Below, one piece after another: positions 33,066-43,498 of a stretch of DNA of 64,000 bases (positions are counted from its first letter, which is position 1; every line of letters begins with the position of its first letter). The position numbers were made by a program, and so were the translations under genes. The notes beneath the pieces were generated by a model, which had not been told where the DNA came from, ran no database searches, and saw only the letters and a list, made by a program, of their open reading frames with translations. The DNA comes from an uncultured Gemmatimonadales bacterium (GTDB taxonomy: Bacteria; Gemmatimonadota; Gemmatimonadetes; Longimicrobiales; RSA9): contig CAWCUS010000002.1 of assembly GCA_963798845.1 (NCBI GenBank), positions 96,001 through 160,000 on the forward strand, read 5' to 3'.

Positions 33066-35789
33066 CTACAGCGTGGCGCGATCCACGGCGGCGAGGTCGG
33101 ATAGGGCGGCCTGGACCCGGGCGTCCTGCTCGGGGGTGCGGCTGGCGCGGAAGATGACGAGGGCGGCGGTCAGCTCGGAACGGGCCTCGTCGTAGCGGTG
33201 CTCGTCGAGCAGCAGGGAGCCGAGAGCCGCTCGCATCATGGCCACGTTGCGGGTCCGGGGTCCGTTGGCGCGGCTTCGGATCTCGATTCCGCGCCGGAGG
33301 TCCGCCTCGGCATCCGCCGTGCGCCCGCCGAGCCGGCGGACGCGCGCGCGGTCCACCAGGAGGTCACCGTACATCTGGTGGTCTTCGCCCCAGTCCCGCC
33401 GTGCGAGGACGAGCGCCTCTTCGACGGCGGCATCGGCCTCCTCGAGGCGGCCCAGGAGCGCCAGCTCGCGCGAGATGGTCCCGAGCAGCGGGGCGAGGTT
33501 GGCGAAGTCGTGGCCGTAGGTGCGACGGAGGATGCCCATCTCTTCCCGGAACATCGCGACGGCCCGGGCATGGTCGCCGCGGGCGGAGAGAACTTCGGCC
33601 AGGTCCCCGAGGGTGTAGGCGTAGCTCGGGTGCCCCGCTCCCACGGTGCGGCGGCGGATGTCGACCACGCGCGCGAGGAGCGAATCCGCTTCGTCCAGCC
33701 GGCCGAGATCGGTGTTCAGATAGGCAAGGTGATTCATGGGGACGGCGGTGAACGGGTGCTCGGGCCCGTACCGTCGCTCGGCGATGGCGATCGCCCGGCG
33801 GAGGTGCCCTTCCGCTTCGTCGTATTCGCCGAGGCGCCGGATCACCGCTGCCAGATGGACCAGGCTCGTGATGACCAGCGAATCATCGGGCTGGGGCGCG
33901 TTCTCCTGGATCGCCAGCGCGCGGCGAGCCAGCGTATCGGCGGCGGCGAGGTCACCCCGGTAGATGGTCAGGCCGGACAGCTGCACCAGGGCCGCGGCCA
34001 CTTCCGGGTCGTCGCTGCCCAACACCTCCTCTTCGATCCGCAGCGCCTCGCGGGCGAGGGCTTCCGCCTCGGGGTAGCGTCCCTGCCGCCGGGCGACATC
34101 GGCCAGGAACGCGCGCGTGCGCGCCACTTCGATGTCGTCCTCGCCGAGCCGGGCGCGCCGGACCGCCAGCGCCCGCTCCGCCAGCGCCCGGGCGTCCGCC
34201 GGCTTGCCGATGCTCAGGTACACGCGGGCGACGGCGTCCATCACCCTGGCCTGCACGAGCGGCTGATCGGACAGGCGCTCGATCCGCGCCGCGCCCCGCC
34301 GGAGCAGGTCGCGCGCAGTGACATCCGTTTCCGCGGATTCCGCGGGATCGCTGGCTTCGAACAGGCCCACCAGGAAGCCGGTGACCGCCTCCGACTCGCT
34401 CAGCGCGGCTTCGGCGTGGACCCTGGCGGCATCCGCCCGGTCGCGCTCGGCGCGGGCAATGGATGCTTGCCAGAGCGCGGTGCCCGCGCCGGTGACGAGG
34501 GAGACGACCGCGGTGGCGGTGATGATGACGGCCGCCCGGTGCCGTCGCATGAACTTGCCGACGTAGTAGCGTCGGCTGCCGCGGTGGGCGAGGACGGGGA
34601 GCCCTTCGAGGTGGCGGTGGATGTCCTCCATGAGGAGGTCCGCGGACCCGTAGCGGCGATCGGACTCGGCGCGCAGCGCCATGAGGATGATGGCATCCAG
34701 GTCGCCGCGGAGCGTTCGACAGAGGTGCTCGGGGGTGGAAGCGCGGGCTGCGGCCACGGCGGAGGAGCCGGCCGCCACGGCGGCGCTGGGGCGCGCCACG
34801 CGTCGCTCGCCCGGGTAGTTGAGGAAGCCCGGATCGCTGCCGCCCGTGGACGGCTCCGCATCGCCGGGCCGGCAGCCGGCCAGGAGCTCGTACAGGATGA
34901 CGCCGAGCGCATAGACGTCGCTCGCGGTGGAAAGCGATTCGCCGCGCAGCTGCTCGGGGCTGGCGTATTCCGGGGTCAGCACGCGCACCCCCGTGCGCGT
35001 GACGGGCATGGCCATGGCGCTCAGGCCGGGATTGAGGAGCTTGGCGATGCCGAAGTCGAGCAGCTTCACGCCGCCGGCCTGGGTCACCAGGATGTTGCCC
35101 GGCTTCAGGTCGCGGTGCAGGACGAGGTTGCGGTGGGCATGGTGGACCGCGGCGCAGACGTCCTGGAAGAGCCGGAGCCGTGGCTCGATCCCGAGCCGCC
35201 GACGGTCGCAGTACTCGGTGAGGGGAATGCCGTCGACGTACTCCATCACCAGGTACGGGAGCTGTCCATCGGCGACGCCGGCGTCGAGCAGCCGGGCGAT
35301 GTTCGGGTGGTCCAGGGAAGCCAGGATCTGGCGCTCGGCCCGGAAGCGGTCGCGGAGCTCGTCGCCCTCCGCCGCGCCGCGCAAGAGCTTGATCGCCACC
35401 CGGCGACGGAACTGCCCGTCATCCCGCTCCGCCAGGTACACCACGCCCATCCCGCCCCGCCCCAGCTCCCGCAGGAGACGGTACGGGCCCACGTGGCGAG
35501 CCTCCGCCGGAGAGTCGGGGGAGCGGGCAGCCGAGGGGCGGCCGGGGCGGTGGTCGGCGCCGGGGCCCGGCCCGCTCGCCACCGACGCTTCGGCGGCCAT
35601 GTCCACGTCGAGGATCCCCCCGGCCATCTCGTGGGCCCGGAGCAGCTCCTCCACTTCGGCCCGCAGCTCCGGGTCGTCTGCGCAGCGGGCGTCGAGCCAG
35701 GCCGATCGCTCGGGCGGGTGCCGGTCGAGCGCGTCCGCGAACAGCTCGTCGGCGAGGTCGCGGCGCGCCGGATCGTCGAGCGGGCTCAC
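33066..35789 (-). CDS. Ser/Thr protein kinase with TM helix and TPR repeats
   Basis: LGRGGMGVVY, VAIK, HRDLKPGN, DFG, TPEYASPE; TPR repeats; GTGA overlap with ECF sigma. Confidence 0.93.
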   Translation of the reverse strand: MSPLDDPARRDLADELFADALDRHPPERSAWLDARCADDPELRAEVEELLRAHEMAGGILDVDMAAEASVASGPGPGADHRPGRPSAARSPDSPAEARHVGPYRLLRELGRGGMGVVYLAERDDGQFRRRVAIKLLRGAAEGDELRDRFRAERQILASLDHPNIARLLDAGVADGQLPYLVMEYVDGIPLTEYCDRRRLGIEPRLRLFQDVCAAVHHAHRNLVLHRDLKPGNILVTQAGGVKLLDFGIAKLLNPGLSAMAMPVTRTGVRVLTPEYASPEQLRGESLSTASDVYALGVILYELLAGCRPGDAEPSTGGSDPGFLNYPGERRVARPSAAVAAGSSAVAAARASTPEHLCRTLRGDLDAIILMALRAESDRRYGSADLLMEDIHRHLEGLPVLAHRGSRRYYVGKFMRRHRAAVIITATAVVSLVTGAGTALWQASIARAERDRADAARVHAEAALSESEAVTGFLVGLFEASDPAESAETDVTARDLLRRGAARIERLSDQPLVQARVMDAVARVYLSIGKPADARALAERALAVRRARLGEDDIEVARTRAFLADVARRQGRYPEAEALAREALRIEEEVLGSDDPEVAAALVQLSGLTIYRGDLAAADTLARRALAIQENAPQPDDSLVITSLVHLAAVIRRLGEYDEAEGHLRRAIAIAERRYGPEHPFTAVPMNHLAYLNTDLGRLDEADSLLARVVDIRRRTVGAGHPSYAYTLGDLAEVLSARGDHARAVAMFREEMGILRRTYGHDFANLAPLLGTISRELALLGRLEEADAAVEEALVLARRDWGEDHQMYGDLLVDRARVRRLGGRTADAEADLRRGIEIRSRANGPRTRNVAMMRAALGSLLLDEHRYDEARSELTAALVIFRASRTPEQDARVQAALSDLAAVDRATL

Positions 35790-36400
35790 GGCAGGGTCGT
35801 CGCCGCGGGGACGTCCTCCGCGTCCGTGCCGCCGTCCATATAGAGCGCGCGGTAGAGACGGGCGCGGGCCTTGACCCAGTCGCGGCGCACGGTGCGGTCG
35901 GAGAGGCCGAGCGCGCGGGCTACCTCCGTCTCCTCCAGCCCGGCGAAGAAGCGCATCTCGACAACCTGGCGCTGGCGTTCGTCGAGCTGCGCGAGGGCGC
36001 TGTCCAGGGCGAGCAGCTGGTCCGGGTCGACCTCGAGAGCGCCAGCGCCGGTGGACAGCGTGGTGCGCGCCCACCCGCCGCCCCGCTTCGACGCCGACCG
36101 GCGTCGAGCCTGGTCGACCAGCACCTGGCGCATGGCGCGCGCCGCGATGGCCAGGAAGTGGGCCCGGTCCTCCACCGGCAGCGACCCGCCGCTGGCGAGT
36201 TTCAGGTACGCTTCGTGGACCAGCGAGGTGGCGTGCAGCGTCCGCGGCGCGGCCTCACGGCGCAGCTCCCGCTTCGCCAGTCGGCGCAGGTCGTCGTACA
36301 CCAGCGGGATCACGCGGTCGAGAGCGGCGGCGTCGCCGGCGCGGGCCGCCTGGAGCAGCCGCGTAACATTGCCGGGGGATGCCGGCGCCGTTCCACCCAT
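35786..36400 (-). CDS. ECF sigma factor (kinase-associated type)
   Basis: VTRLL, PLVYDDLRRLA, TSLVHEAYLKL, DRAHFLAIAARAMRQVLVD, VVEMRFFAGL, RTVRRDW. Confidence 0.93.
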   Translation of the reverse strand: MGGTAPASPGNVTRLLQAARAGDAAALDRVIPLVYDDLRRLAKRELRREAAPRTLHATSLVHEAYLKLASGGSLPVEDRAHFLAIAARAMRQVLVDQARRRSASKRGGGWARTTLSTGAGALEVDPDQLLALDSALAQLDERQRQVVEMRFFAGLEETEVARALGLSDRTVRRDWVKARARLYRALYMDGGTDAEDVPAATTLP

Positions 36401-36543
36401 GCGCATGCGAGGCTCCTGGCCCGGCGGCCGTCGTGGCCGGGCCGGAAGCGGAGAATGGGGCCTGGGTTGCGCGATGAGAGCCCAAGATGCCCGCTCCGGC
36501 GCGGCCGAAGCAAGGGCGATGATGCGGTCCCGACGACTGCCTT

Positions 36544-37053
36544 CTAGCGGTCTTCCGCCGCTCGCTTTCGCGCCGCCGACAGGTAGCCGGGCTCCAGGTC
36601 AAGAAGGTTGGCGATCTTCCGCAGCATGTAAGCCTCGTGCCGCGCGATCTCGCCGTCCGCCAGGATCAGCCCCCACATGATCTCCGCCAGCAACGTCTTC
36701 TGGCCCAGGTCGTAGCTGGAGCGGATCAGGTTCGTGAACTGGAACAGGTCGATGGCGGACTGGCGCTCCTCCTCCGCCAGCTCCAGCAACTCCTGCGCGG
36801 TCCCCTCGTCCAGGTCGAAATGCCGGCGCAGCACCGCCTCGATGTGCATCCGCTCGATGCCGCTGAACTCGTCGTCCGCGTGCGCGAGCTCCAGGAGAAG
36901 CGCGCACGCGGCCACGTGCAGACGCTTCCGCTCCTCCTCCGACGCCGGGCTACGCCCGCGCACGTCTCCCGGCTTCGACTCCCTGCCGCCCCCGTTGCCG
37001 CGGGGCTGGACGTGCATGCGTCGCTCGAAGAACGATCGGATCGACTCTCTCAT
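36544..37053 (-). CDS. TerB family (tellurite resistance-like) protein
   Basis: AACALLLELAHAD.EFS..E, DLFQFT.LI, LADGEI..HE..MLRKIA.LL. Confidence 0.85.
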   Translation of the reverse strand: MRESIRSFFERRMHVQPRGNGGGRESKPGDVRGRSPASEEERKRLHVAACALLLELAHADDEFSGIERMHIEAVLRRHFDLDEGTAQELLELAEEERQSAIDLFQFTNLIRSSYDLGQKTLLAEIMWGLILADGEIARHEAYMLRKIANLLDLEPGYLSAARKRAAEDR

Positions 37054-37120
37054 CCGGCCATGATGAGGACGCCGCACCCGCGCGGCAAGCCGGGGCGGCG
37101 CACTTGCGCGGCGGCGGCGA

Positions 37121-37590
37121 AGGTGCGGACAACCCCCGACGGGCGGGCCGCGCGGTGGCGGGACGTGGCGTTTGCCCGCCACAGGCCGGACAACCCCCGA
37201 CGGCCGGGCCGCGCCGGGGCCGGACGTGGCGTTTGCCAGTCCCAGGCCGGACAACAGGTGCGGACAACCCCCGACGGGCGGGCCGCGCCGGGGCCGGACG
37301 TGGCGTTTGCCCGCCACAGGCCGGACAACCCCCGACGGGCGGTCCGCGCGGGGCGGGACGTGGCGTTTGCCCGCCACAGGCCGGACAACAGGCCGGACAA
37401 CCCCTGACGGCCGGGCCGCGCGGGGGCCGGACGTGGCGTTTGCCAGTCCCAGGCCGGACAACAGGTGCGGACAACCCCCGACGGGCGGGCCGCGCGGGGG
37501 CGGGACGTGGCGTTTGCCCGCCACAGGCCGGACAACCCCCGACGGCCGGGCCGCGCCGGGGCCGGACGTGGCGTTTGCCAGTCCCAGGCC
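37121..37590. repeat. Intergenic ~61-bp tandem array, 7 units with occasional 12-bp AGGCCGGACAAC inserts
   Basis: Unit AGG(C/TG)CGGACAACCCCCGACGG...GGACGTGGCGTTTGCC(CGCCAC|AGTCCC). Confidence 0.93.
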
Positions 37591-37615
37591 GCCAGTCGCC
37601 GCCGGCCGCCGGCGG

Positions 37616-39211
37616 CTAGGATCGAGCGGTGACGGTGGGCTGCGGGGTCGGCACGGCCGGGAGCGTGAAGTAGAAGAGGCTTCCCCCTCCCGGCGCCGCC
37701 TCCATGCCGACCTGGCCGCCCAGTTTTTCGACGATCTGGAGGACGATGGAGAGGCCCAGGCCGTGCCCGGCCCCGCGGCGCGAGTCTTTGCCGAACTGGC
37801 TGAAGGGGATGAAGAGGCGCGGACGGAGGTCGTCGGGAACGCCGGGGCCGTGATCCCTGACCCAGAAGCGGACGGCGCCGTCCGGAGCCGGATCGGCGCC
37901 GATCTCGATTTCGGGGGGGTGGCCGCCGTAGCGAAGGGCGTTGCTGAGGTAGTTCGCCCAGACCTCCTCGATCCACGGCGCGTAGCCGAGCGCCAGCGGC
38001 CACACGTCGGGTTGGGAGATGCGGGCCCCGCTGGCAGCGATCATCTCGCAGAGCCCGTCGCGCGCGTGGGCGACGATGCCTGCCATGTCCAGCACCTCCG
38101 CGGGGGCCTGGGCCCTGCGTACCTGGGCCAGGGACAGGAGCCCCTCGATGATCCGGTTCATCTTCTCCGCGGTGATCGTGATCCGATCGAGGAGAGTCTC
38201 CGTCCTTCCCGGCGGCAGCGCCGAGGTCTCCGTGACCATGCGGGCGTTGGTGAGGATGATCGCGAGAGGGTTCTTCAGGTCGTGGGCCACGGTATGCGCG
38301 TAGGCGTCCAGCTCCTGGTTCCGCTGCTGGAGCTCGACCGCGCGTTCTCGCAGCTGCTGCTCGGAGCGAAACAGCTCCTGGTTGCGGCGCTCGAGCGTGG
38401 CGGCGTAGTCGCGCAGCTGCTCCTGCGAACTGCGCAGGTCGCGCAGCAGAATGCCCTGCGGCCGGACGAGCCCGGTCTCGATGACGGCCTTGTACAGGAC
38501 GTAGAACGCCAGCAGGCGCAGGAAGTGTCCGACGAGGTTCGTCCTGCCATAGACGCTGAAGTAGAAGCTGAACGTCAGCTCCGAGGCCGCCGTGAGCACC
38601 AGGGAGGTGGTCAGAAGCCGCAACACCGTCGCGTCGAAGGCGCCGCGCTTCCACCAGAGCAGCGCTGTCGCGCCGAGGAGGACGAGCGAGGTGGCATACT
38701 CGCTCATTCGCTTGAACGTCGTCAGCCCCGCCCCCTCCACGTACGCGGTCGGGAAGATCCTCCAGTCGAAGATGGAGAGGAGCAGGACGGCGGTGAGGAT
38801 CGCGAATCCTCCGGCAACGGCGGCGATCCGGATTCGGCGGCCGAGGAAGAAGGGAGCGGTGGCGAGGGCGATGGCCTGGATCCACCGGCCGGCGAGCCAG
38901 AGCTGTGTGGCCAGGTCGGCGCCGTCGCCGGCGAACACGCCCATGCCGTCGTAGGCGAGGGCGTGGAGGAGGTCCACCAGCGCCACGAAGATGGACGACA
39001 CGCCGACTACGAGGAGGTAGTTGTTCTGGAGGTTGTGGCGCGCGTTCCAGGCGATGACGAACACGCCACTCGCCACCACGACCGTGAACATCTCGGTCAG
39101 GGTGTGGAACAGCAGATAGCTGTCGCGGCTGGTGAGGAACAGCCCGAACAGGAGCAGCGTGCCGCCGGTGAGGCGGACGGCGGTTCGCCTGGTGCGCGTC
39201 ATATCCGCCAT
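37616..39211 (-). CDS. MASE3-domain sensor histidine kinase
   Basis: YLLFHTLTE, DLLHALAY.GM, ATQLWLAGR; H-box VAHDLKNPL, NYLSNALRY, D.GPG, GLGLSIV. Confidence 0.92.
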   Translation of the reverse strand: MADMTRTRRTAVRLTGGTLLLFGLFLTSRDSYLLFHTLTEMFTVVVASGVFVIAWNARHNLQNNYLLVVGVSSIFVALVDLLHALAYDGMGVFAGDGADLATQLWLAGRWIQAIALATAPFFLGRRIRIAAVAGGFAILTAVLLLSIFDWRIFPTAYVEGAGLTTFKRMSEYATSLVLLGATALLWWKRGAFDATVLRLLTTSLVLTAASELTFSFYFSVYGRTNLVGHFLRLLAFYVLYKAVIETGLVRPQGILLRDLRSSQEQLRDYAATLERRNQELFRSEQQLRERAVELQQRNQELDAYAHTVAHDLKNPLAIILTNARMVTETSALPPGRTETLLDRITITAEKMNRIIEGLLSLAQVRRAQAPAEVLDMAGIVAHARDGLCEMIAASGARISQPDVWPLALGYAPWIEEVWANYLSNALRYGGHPPEIEIGADPAPDGAVRFWVRDHGPGVPDDLRPRLFIPFSQFGKDSRRGAGHGLGLSIVLQIVEKLGGQVGMEAAPGGGSLFYFTLPAVPTPQPTVTARS

Positions 39212-39224
39212 CGCGGGCAGTCGT

Positions 39225-42200
39225 TCAGGTGACGGGTTTCGACGCGGTCGTCACCACGTAGGGGATCCCGAGGCGGTCCGCCATCGTGTTGATCTCTGCC
39301 AGGTCCGTGGCCAGGAGCGAATCCAGCTCATCCAGGTAGCCCTGCAGCTCCTCCTCCTGCGCGGCCCAGACCTCCCGCATGCCCTGCGTGGGCGCGCCAT
39401 CGCCTTCTGCCGCCCACATGTAAAGCGGCGTCAGGCGCGAGTAGAAGCGGCTTCCCTTCGCCAGGATGTCGTACGTGACTTCGGCCTCCGGGCTGTACAT
39501 CCGGCGCGCCAGCGAGTCCAGCTTCGCCACCAGAGACTCGGATCTCGCCCGCAGCTCAGCGGCATCCGGACGGTCGGCCAGCGCCGAGTCCCGGGCCACC
39601 AGCTGCCCGCGCACGCTCCGCAGCCGGGCGACGCCATCCGCCAGGCGGTTGAGCGCGCTCCGCAGCTCCAGGGCGAACGCCAGCTGGGCGGCACGGTCTT
39701 CGTCCGGGACGCGCAGACGAGGATCAGGGACGACCACGAGCGGCGCAGTGGCCGTGTCGCCGTCGGCGGAGAGGCGGAGAGTGTAGCGGCCGGAGGGCGC
39801 CGACGGCGCGTCCGCCGGATCCCCGGTGTCGATCATGGCGCCCGGGATCCGCTTCGCTCCCTCGAGTCGGAGGTCCCAGACCGCTCGCTGGACCTCGGCC
39901 GAGTCCGCCGAAAGCTCCGGCTCCGGCTGCTTCTCGTACTCGGAGTAGTGGTCCAGCGGCTTCGCGACACTGCTCAGCGTGCGGATCACCGCGCCCGCCG
40001 AGTCGAGGACCTCCAGCTTCAGCTCGCCTGCCGGCTTCGCCCTCAGCCAGTAGTTGACGATGGCGCCGGCGGGCGGGTTCGCACCCGTGGGCCCGTCCGC
40101 CCAGGTGTAGCGGTAGCGCCAGGCGGTGGTGGTGACGGGCGGGAAGAGGGCGAGTGGCTTCGCGGCGATGGCGTCTCCCCACTGCCGGAGCGGGGTCAGG
40201 TCATCCAGGATCCAGACGCCGCGGCCGTGGGTCCCGAGCACGAGGTCGTTGTCCTTCACGGCCAGGTCGTGCACGGCCACCGTGGGGAGATTGAGGTCGA
40301 GCCCCACCCACGTCTCGCCATCATCCGGCGACATCGCCACCCCGTGCTCCGTCCCCACGTACAGCTGCCCGGGCTTCTCCGGGTCCGCGCGCACGGCGTG
40401 CAGGTACGTGTGGCGCGGGAGGCCCGCGTCCATCCGCTGCCACGACTTCCCGTAATCGGTGGTGCGGAAGAGATAGGGGGTCATGTCGTCCAGCCTGTGG
40501 GCGTCCACCACCACGTACGCCGTGGCCGCATCGAACGGGGACGGCTCGATCATGTCGATGGTGCCCCATTCGGGGATCCCCTTCATCCCTTTCGTGACAT
40601 CCGTCCAGTGCTGCCCGCCATCGCGCGTGACGTGGACCAGGCCGTCGTCGCTTCCCACCCAGATCAGCCCCTGCTCCATCGGCGATTCCGCGATGGCGAA
40701 GATGGTGGAGTAGTACTCGACGCCCGTGTTGTCGCCGGTGATCGGGCCGCCCGTCCAGCGCTGCTTCGTCGTGTCGTTGCGCGTGAGGTCGGGGCTGATC
40801 CGCGTCCACGTCTGTCCGCCGTCGGCACTCCGGAATAGCACCTGGGCGCCATGATAGATGACGCCGGGCTCGTTCGGGGAGGCCGCGATCGGGGCGGTCC
40901 ACTGGAAGCGGTAGTCGGCATCGACGTCTCCGTGGCCGCTCGGGTTCTCCGGGTACGCGCTCACGTTCCGCGATTCCCCCGTGCGCTCGTCGTGGCGGGT
41001 GATGATCCCCAGGTACTCGCCCGCGTAGACGACGTCCGGGTCCTGCGGATCCGAGACCACGAAGCCGGCTTCGCCGCCGCCCACGTCCCGCCAGTCCGCG
41101 TCCGTGATCCCGCCGGCGCGCAGCGTGTTGTTCGGCGCCTGCGCCGTGCCCAGGTCCTGCATGGCCCCCTGCACCCGGTAGGGGTTCCGGCTGTCCGTGG
41201 CGATGTGGTAGAACTGGCCGAGCGGGAGCGGCGGGCTCATCCACGTCTCGCCGCCGTCGGTGGAGATGGCCACGCCCCCGTCGTGCCCGTCGATCATCCG
41301 CTTCGCGTTCTCCGGGTCGATCCAGACGTCGTGGTGGTCGCCGTGGGGCGCGTCGACGATCTCCACGGTCTTGCCTCCGTCGATGGTGCGGACCAGCGGC
41401 ACCTGGGGGAACCAGACGCGGTCCGGGTTGGTCGGGTCGATGGTGAGGGTGGCGTAGTACCAGGCGCGCTGCGTGAGCATGTGGGAGTCGTTGACCCGGT
41501 CCCACGTGTCGCCGCCGTCGTCGGAGCGGAACAGACCGCCATCATCGGCCTCGATGATGGCGTAGACCCGGTTCCCGTCCGACGGCGCCACCGCCACGCC
41601 CACCTTCCCCCAGGTCCCGCCGGGCAGGCCGTGCCCGGTGAGCTGTGTCCAGCTGTCGCCGCCGTCGCGGGACACGTACAGCCCGCTTCCCGGCCCGCCG
41701 CTGGTCATGGACCACGGCGTGCGCCGCATCTGCCACAAGCCGGCGAAGACGACATTGGGGTTGGAAGGGTCCAGCGCGACCGCCGAAGCCCCCGTGCTCG
41801 CATCCTTCTTCAGCACCTGCACCCAGCTCGTGCCGCCGTCCGTGGTGCGGTAGACGCCGCGCTCGGGATTGGGGCCGAACGCGTGGCCGAGCACCGCCGC
41901 AAAGGCGACGCGGGCGTCCCTCGGGTCCACGGCGACCTGCCCGATCTGCCCCTCCTGCTTCCACACGTGCTCCCAGGTCCTGCCCGCGTCCAGGGAGCGA
42001 TAGATGCCGTCGCCAGGCGCCGTGTTCCCGCGCACGTTCGCCTCGCCCGCCCCGACGTAGACCACGTTCGGATCCGACGGTGCCACGGCGATGGCGCCGA
42101 TCGAGGACGTGGGCTGGTCATCGAAGATCGGCTTCCACTCGTGGCCGCCGTCCACGCTCTTCCACACGCCGCCCGACGAGGCGGCGATGTAGTAGGTGAA

Positions 42201-42407
42201 TGGGTCGCCCGGGATGCCCGCCACGCGTGTCAGGCGCCCGCCCGCGAACGGGCCCAGGAGCCGGTACTCCAGCCCGGCGAAAGCAGCTGGCTGCGCGAGC
42301 GCGGAGGGCGCGCTCCGCTGCTGCGCCGTGGCGGTGGCCGCCGTGAGGGCGAGGAGAAGGGCCGAGACGGGCAACGGCAGAGGCCGGCCTCGAGGCGAGA
42401 GCCGCAT
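39225..42407 (-). CDS. Secreted VPS10/BNR-repeat (Asp-box) glycosyl hydrolase-like beta-propeller protein
   Basis: Signal peptide, YRLLGPFAGGR, many S.DGG.TW Asp-boxes, HGDHH, RFQW.AP, GTHGRG. Confidence 0.88.
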   Translation of the reverse strand: MRLSPRGRPLPLPVSALLLALTAATATAQQRSAPSALAQPAAFAGLEYRLLGPFAGGRLTRVAGIPGDPFTYYIAASSGGVWKSVDGGHEWKPIFDDQPTSSIGAIAVAPSDPNVVYVGAGEANVRGNTAPGDGIYRSLDAGRTWEHVWKQEGQIGQVAVDPRDARVAFAAVLGHAFGPNPERGVYRTTDGGTSWVQVLKKDASTGASAVALDPSNPNVVFAGLWQMRRTPWSMTSGGPGSGLYVSRDGGDSWTQLTGHGLPGGTWGKVGVAVAPSDGNRVYAIIEADDGGLFRSDDGGDTWDRVNDSHMLTQRAWYYATLTIDPTNPDRVWFPQVPLVRTIDGGKTVEIVDAPHGDHHDVWIDPENAKRMIDGHDGGVAISTDGGETWMSPPLPLGQFYHIATDSRNPYRVQGAMQDLGTAQAPNNTLRAGGITDADWRDVGGGEAGFVVSDPQDPDVVYAGEYLGIITRHDERTGESRNVSAYPENPSGHGDVDADYRFQWTAPIAASPNEPGVIYHGAQVLFRSADGGQTWTRISPDLTRNDTTKQRWTGGPITGDNTGVEYYSTIFAIAESPMEQGLIWVGSDDGLVHVTRDGGQHWTDVTKGMKGIPEWGTIDMIEPSPFDAATAYVVVDAHRLDDMTPYLFRTTDYGKSWQRMDAGLPRHTYLHAVRADPEKPGQLYVGTEHGVAMSPDDGETWVGLDLNLPTVAVHDLAVKDNDLVLGTHGRGVWILDDLTPLRQWGDAIAAKPLALFPPVTTTAWRYRYTWADGPTGANPPAGAIVNYWLRAKPAGELKLEVLDSAGAVIRTLSSVAKPLDHYSEYEKQPEPELSADSAEVQRAVWDLRLEGAKRIPGAMIDTGDPADAPSAPSGRYTLRLSADGDTATAPLVVVPDPRLRVPDEDRAAQLAFALELRSALNRLADGVARLRSVRGQLVARDSALADRPDAAELRARSESLVAKLDSLARRMYSPEAEVTYDILAKGSRFYSRLTPLYMWAAEGDGAPTQGMREVWAAQEEELQGYLDELDSLLATDLAEINTMADRLGIPYVVTTASKPVT

Positions 42408-42628
42408 CGATGTCTCCGGGTAGAGTGGGGTGTGGGAAGCCGCCGGCACGGACCGGCGGGAGAGGGAAGATACGGGCTGGAGCGCGCGCGGTACAGTCGA
42501 GAGCGCCGCGCTGGCCTTCTGAGCCGTACACCCCGTGGCAGGATGCGTCCGCCCGCCCGACACGCGCGCCGGCAGCGCATCCGAGCACCCGGTTGCGCAC
42601 CCGGGGCGGAGGGTGACAGAGTGGGCCC

Positions 42629-43390
42629 ATGCGTAGCGTCATCTCCTGGGTGATCTGGGGCGGCATCGGCCTGGTGGCCCTCCTCTGGCTGCCGCTGCTG
42701 GCGGTGATCTTCGCGGTCACCGCCCCGTTCGACCCTGGCCGCTATACCGTGGGGCGCTGGTTCCGCCGGGCAGGCGTGGCTGCCGTCCGGCTCATCCCGT
42801 TCTGGCACTTCGAGACTCGCGGCGTGGACATTCGCGACCCGCGGCGACCTTACGTCGCGGTGGCGAACCACGAATCCTACGCCGACGTATTTCTCATCTC
42901 CCACCTGCCCTGGGAGATGAAGTGGCTGTCGAAGGAGGCGATCTTCCGCATCCCGGTCATGGGGTGGATGATGCGGATGGCCGGCGACATCCCGGTGGAG
43001 CGGGGCAGCCTGCGGAGCCGCGCGGGAGCGCTGGAGCAGATCGGCGACCGGCTCGACAAGCGCGTCTCCGTCATGGTGCTGCCCGAGGGCACCCGCTCCC
43101 GCACGGGCGCGCTGCTCCCCTTCCACGACGGCGCCTTCCGGGTGGCCGTGGACAGGCAGGTTCCGATCCTCCCGATCGCCGTGGCCGGGACGCGCGACGC
43201 CATGGCCAAGCACTCCATGCGCTTCAACCGCGCCCGCGCCATCGTCCGGGTGCTGGAGCCGGTCCCCACGGCGGGTCTGGGGCCGGCCGACGTGGGGCAG
43301 CTCCGCGACCACGTCCGCGACCTCATCGACAGGGCGCGACGCGAGCTCCGCGACGAGCTGATGGGGGCCGACTCGGGGCCATCGGCGTGA
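42629..43390 (+). CDS. plsC: 1-acyl-sn-glycerol-3-phosphate acyltransferase family
   Basis: NHESYAD, PEGTRS, PFHDGAF motifs. Confidence 0.88.
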   Translation: MRSVISWVIWGGIGLVALLWLPLLAVIFAVTAPFDPGRYTVGRWFRRAGVAAVRLIPFWHFETRGVDIRDPRRPYVAVANHESYADVFLISHLPWEMKWLSKEAIFRIPVMGWMMRMAGDIPVERGSLRSRAGALEQIGDRLDKRVSVMVLPEGTRSRTGALLPFHDGAFRVAVDRQVPILPIAVAGTRDAMAKHSMRFNRARAIVRVLEPVPTAGLGPADVGQLRDHVRDLIDRARRELRDELMGADSGPSA

Positions 43391-43498
43391 TGGCCCCGTC
43401 GCCCCGGTCCTGGACCGGCGCAACGCCCCCCTGTCGCCAGGCCGGGGAACCAGTGCACATTAGAAGAACAGGCCGCTCTCCCCGCACCCTGCCCACAC

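Noticed and set aside
33066..36400. ECF sigma / Ser-Thr kinase pair as a novel system
   Set aside because: This is an established architecture of kinase-associated ECF sigma factors.
37121..37590. CRISPR array
   Set aside because: Inter-repeat segments are near-identical rather than unique spacers, and no cas genes are present.
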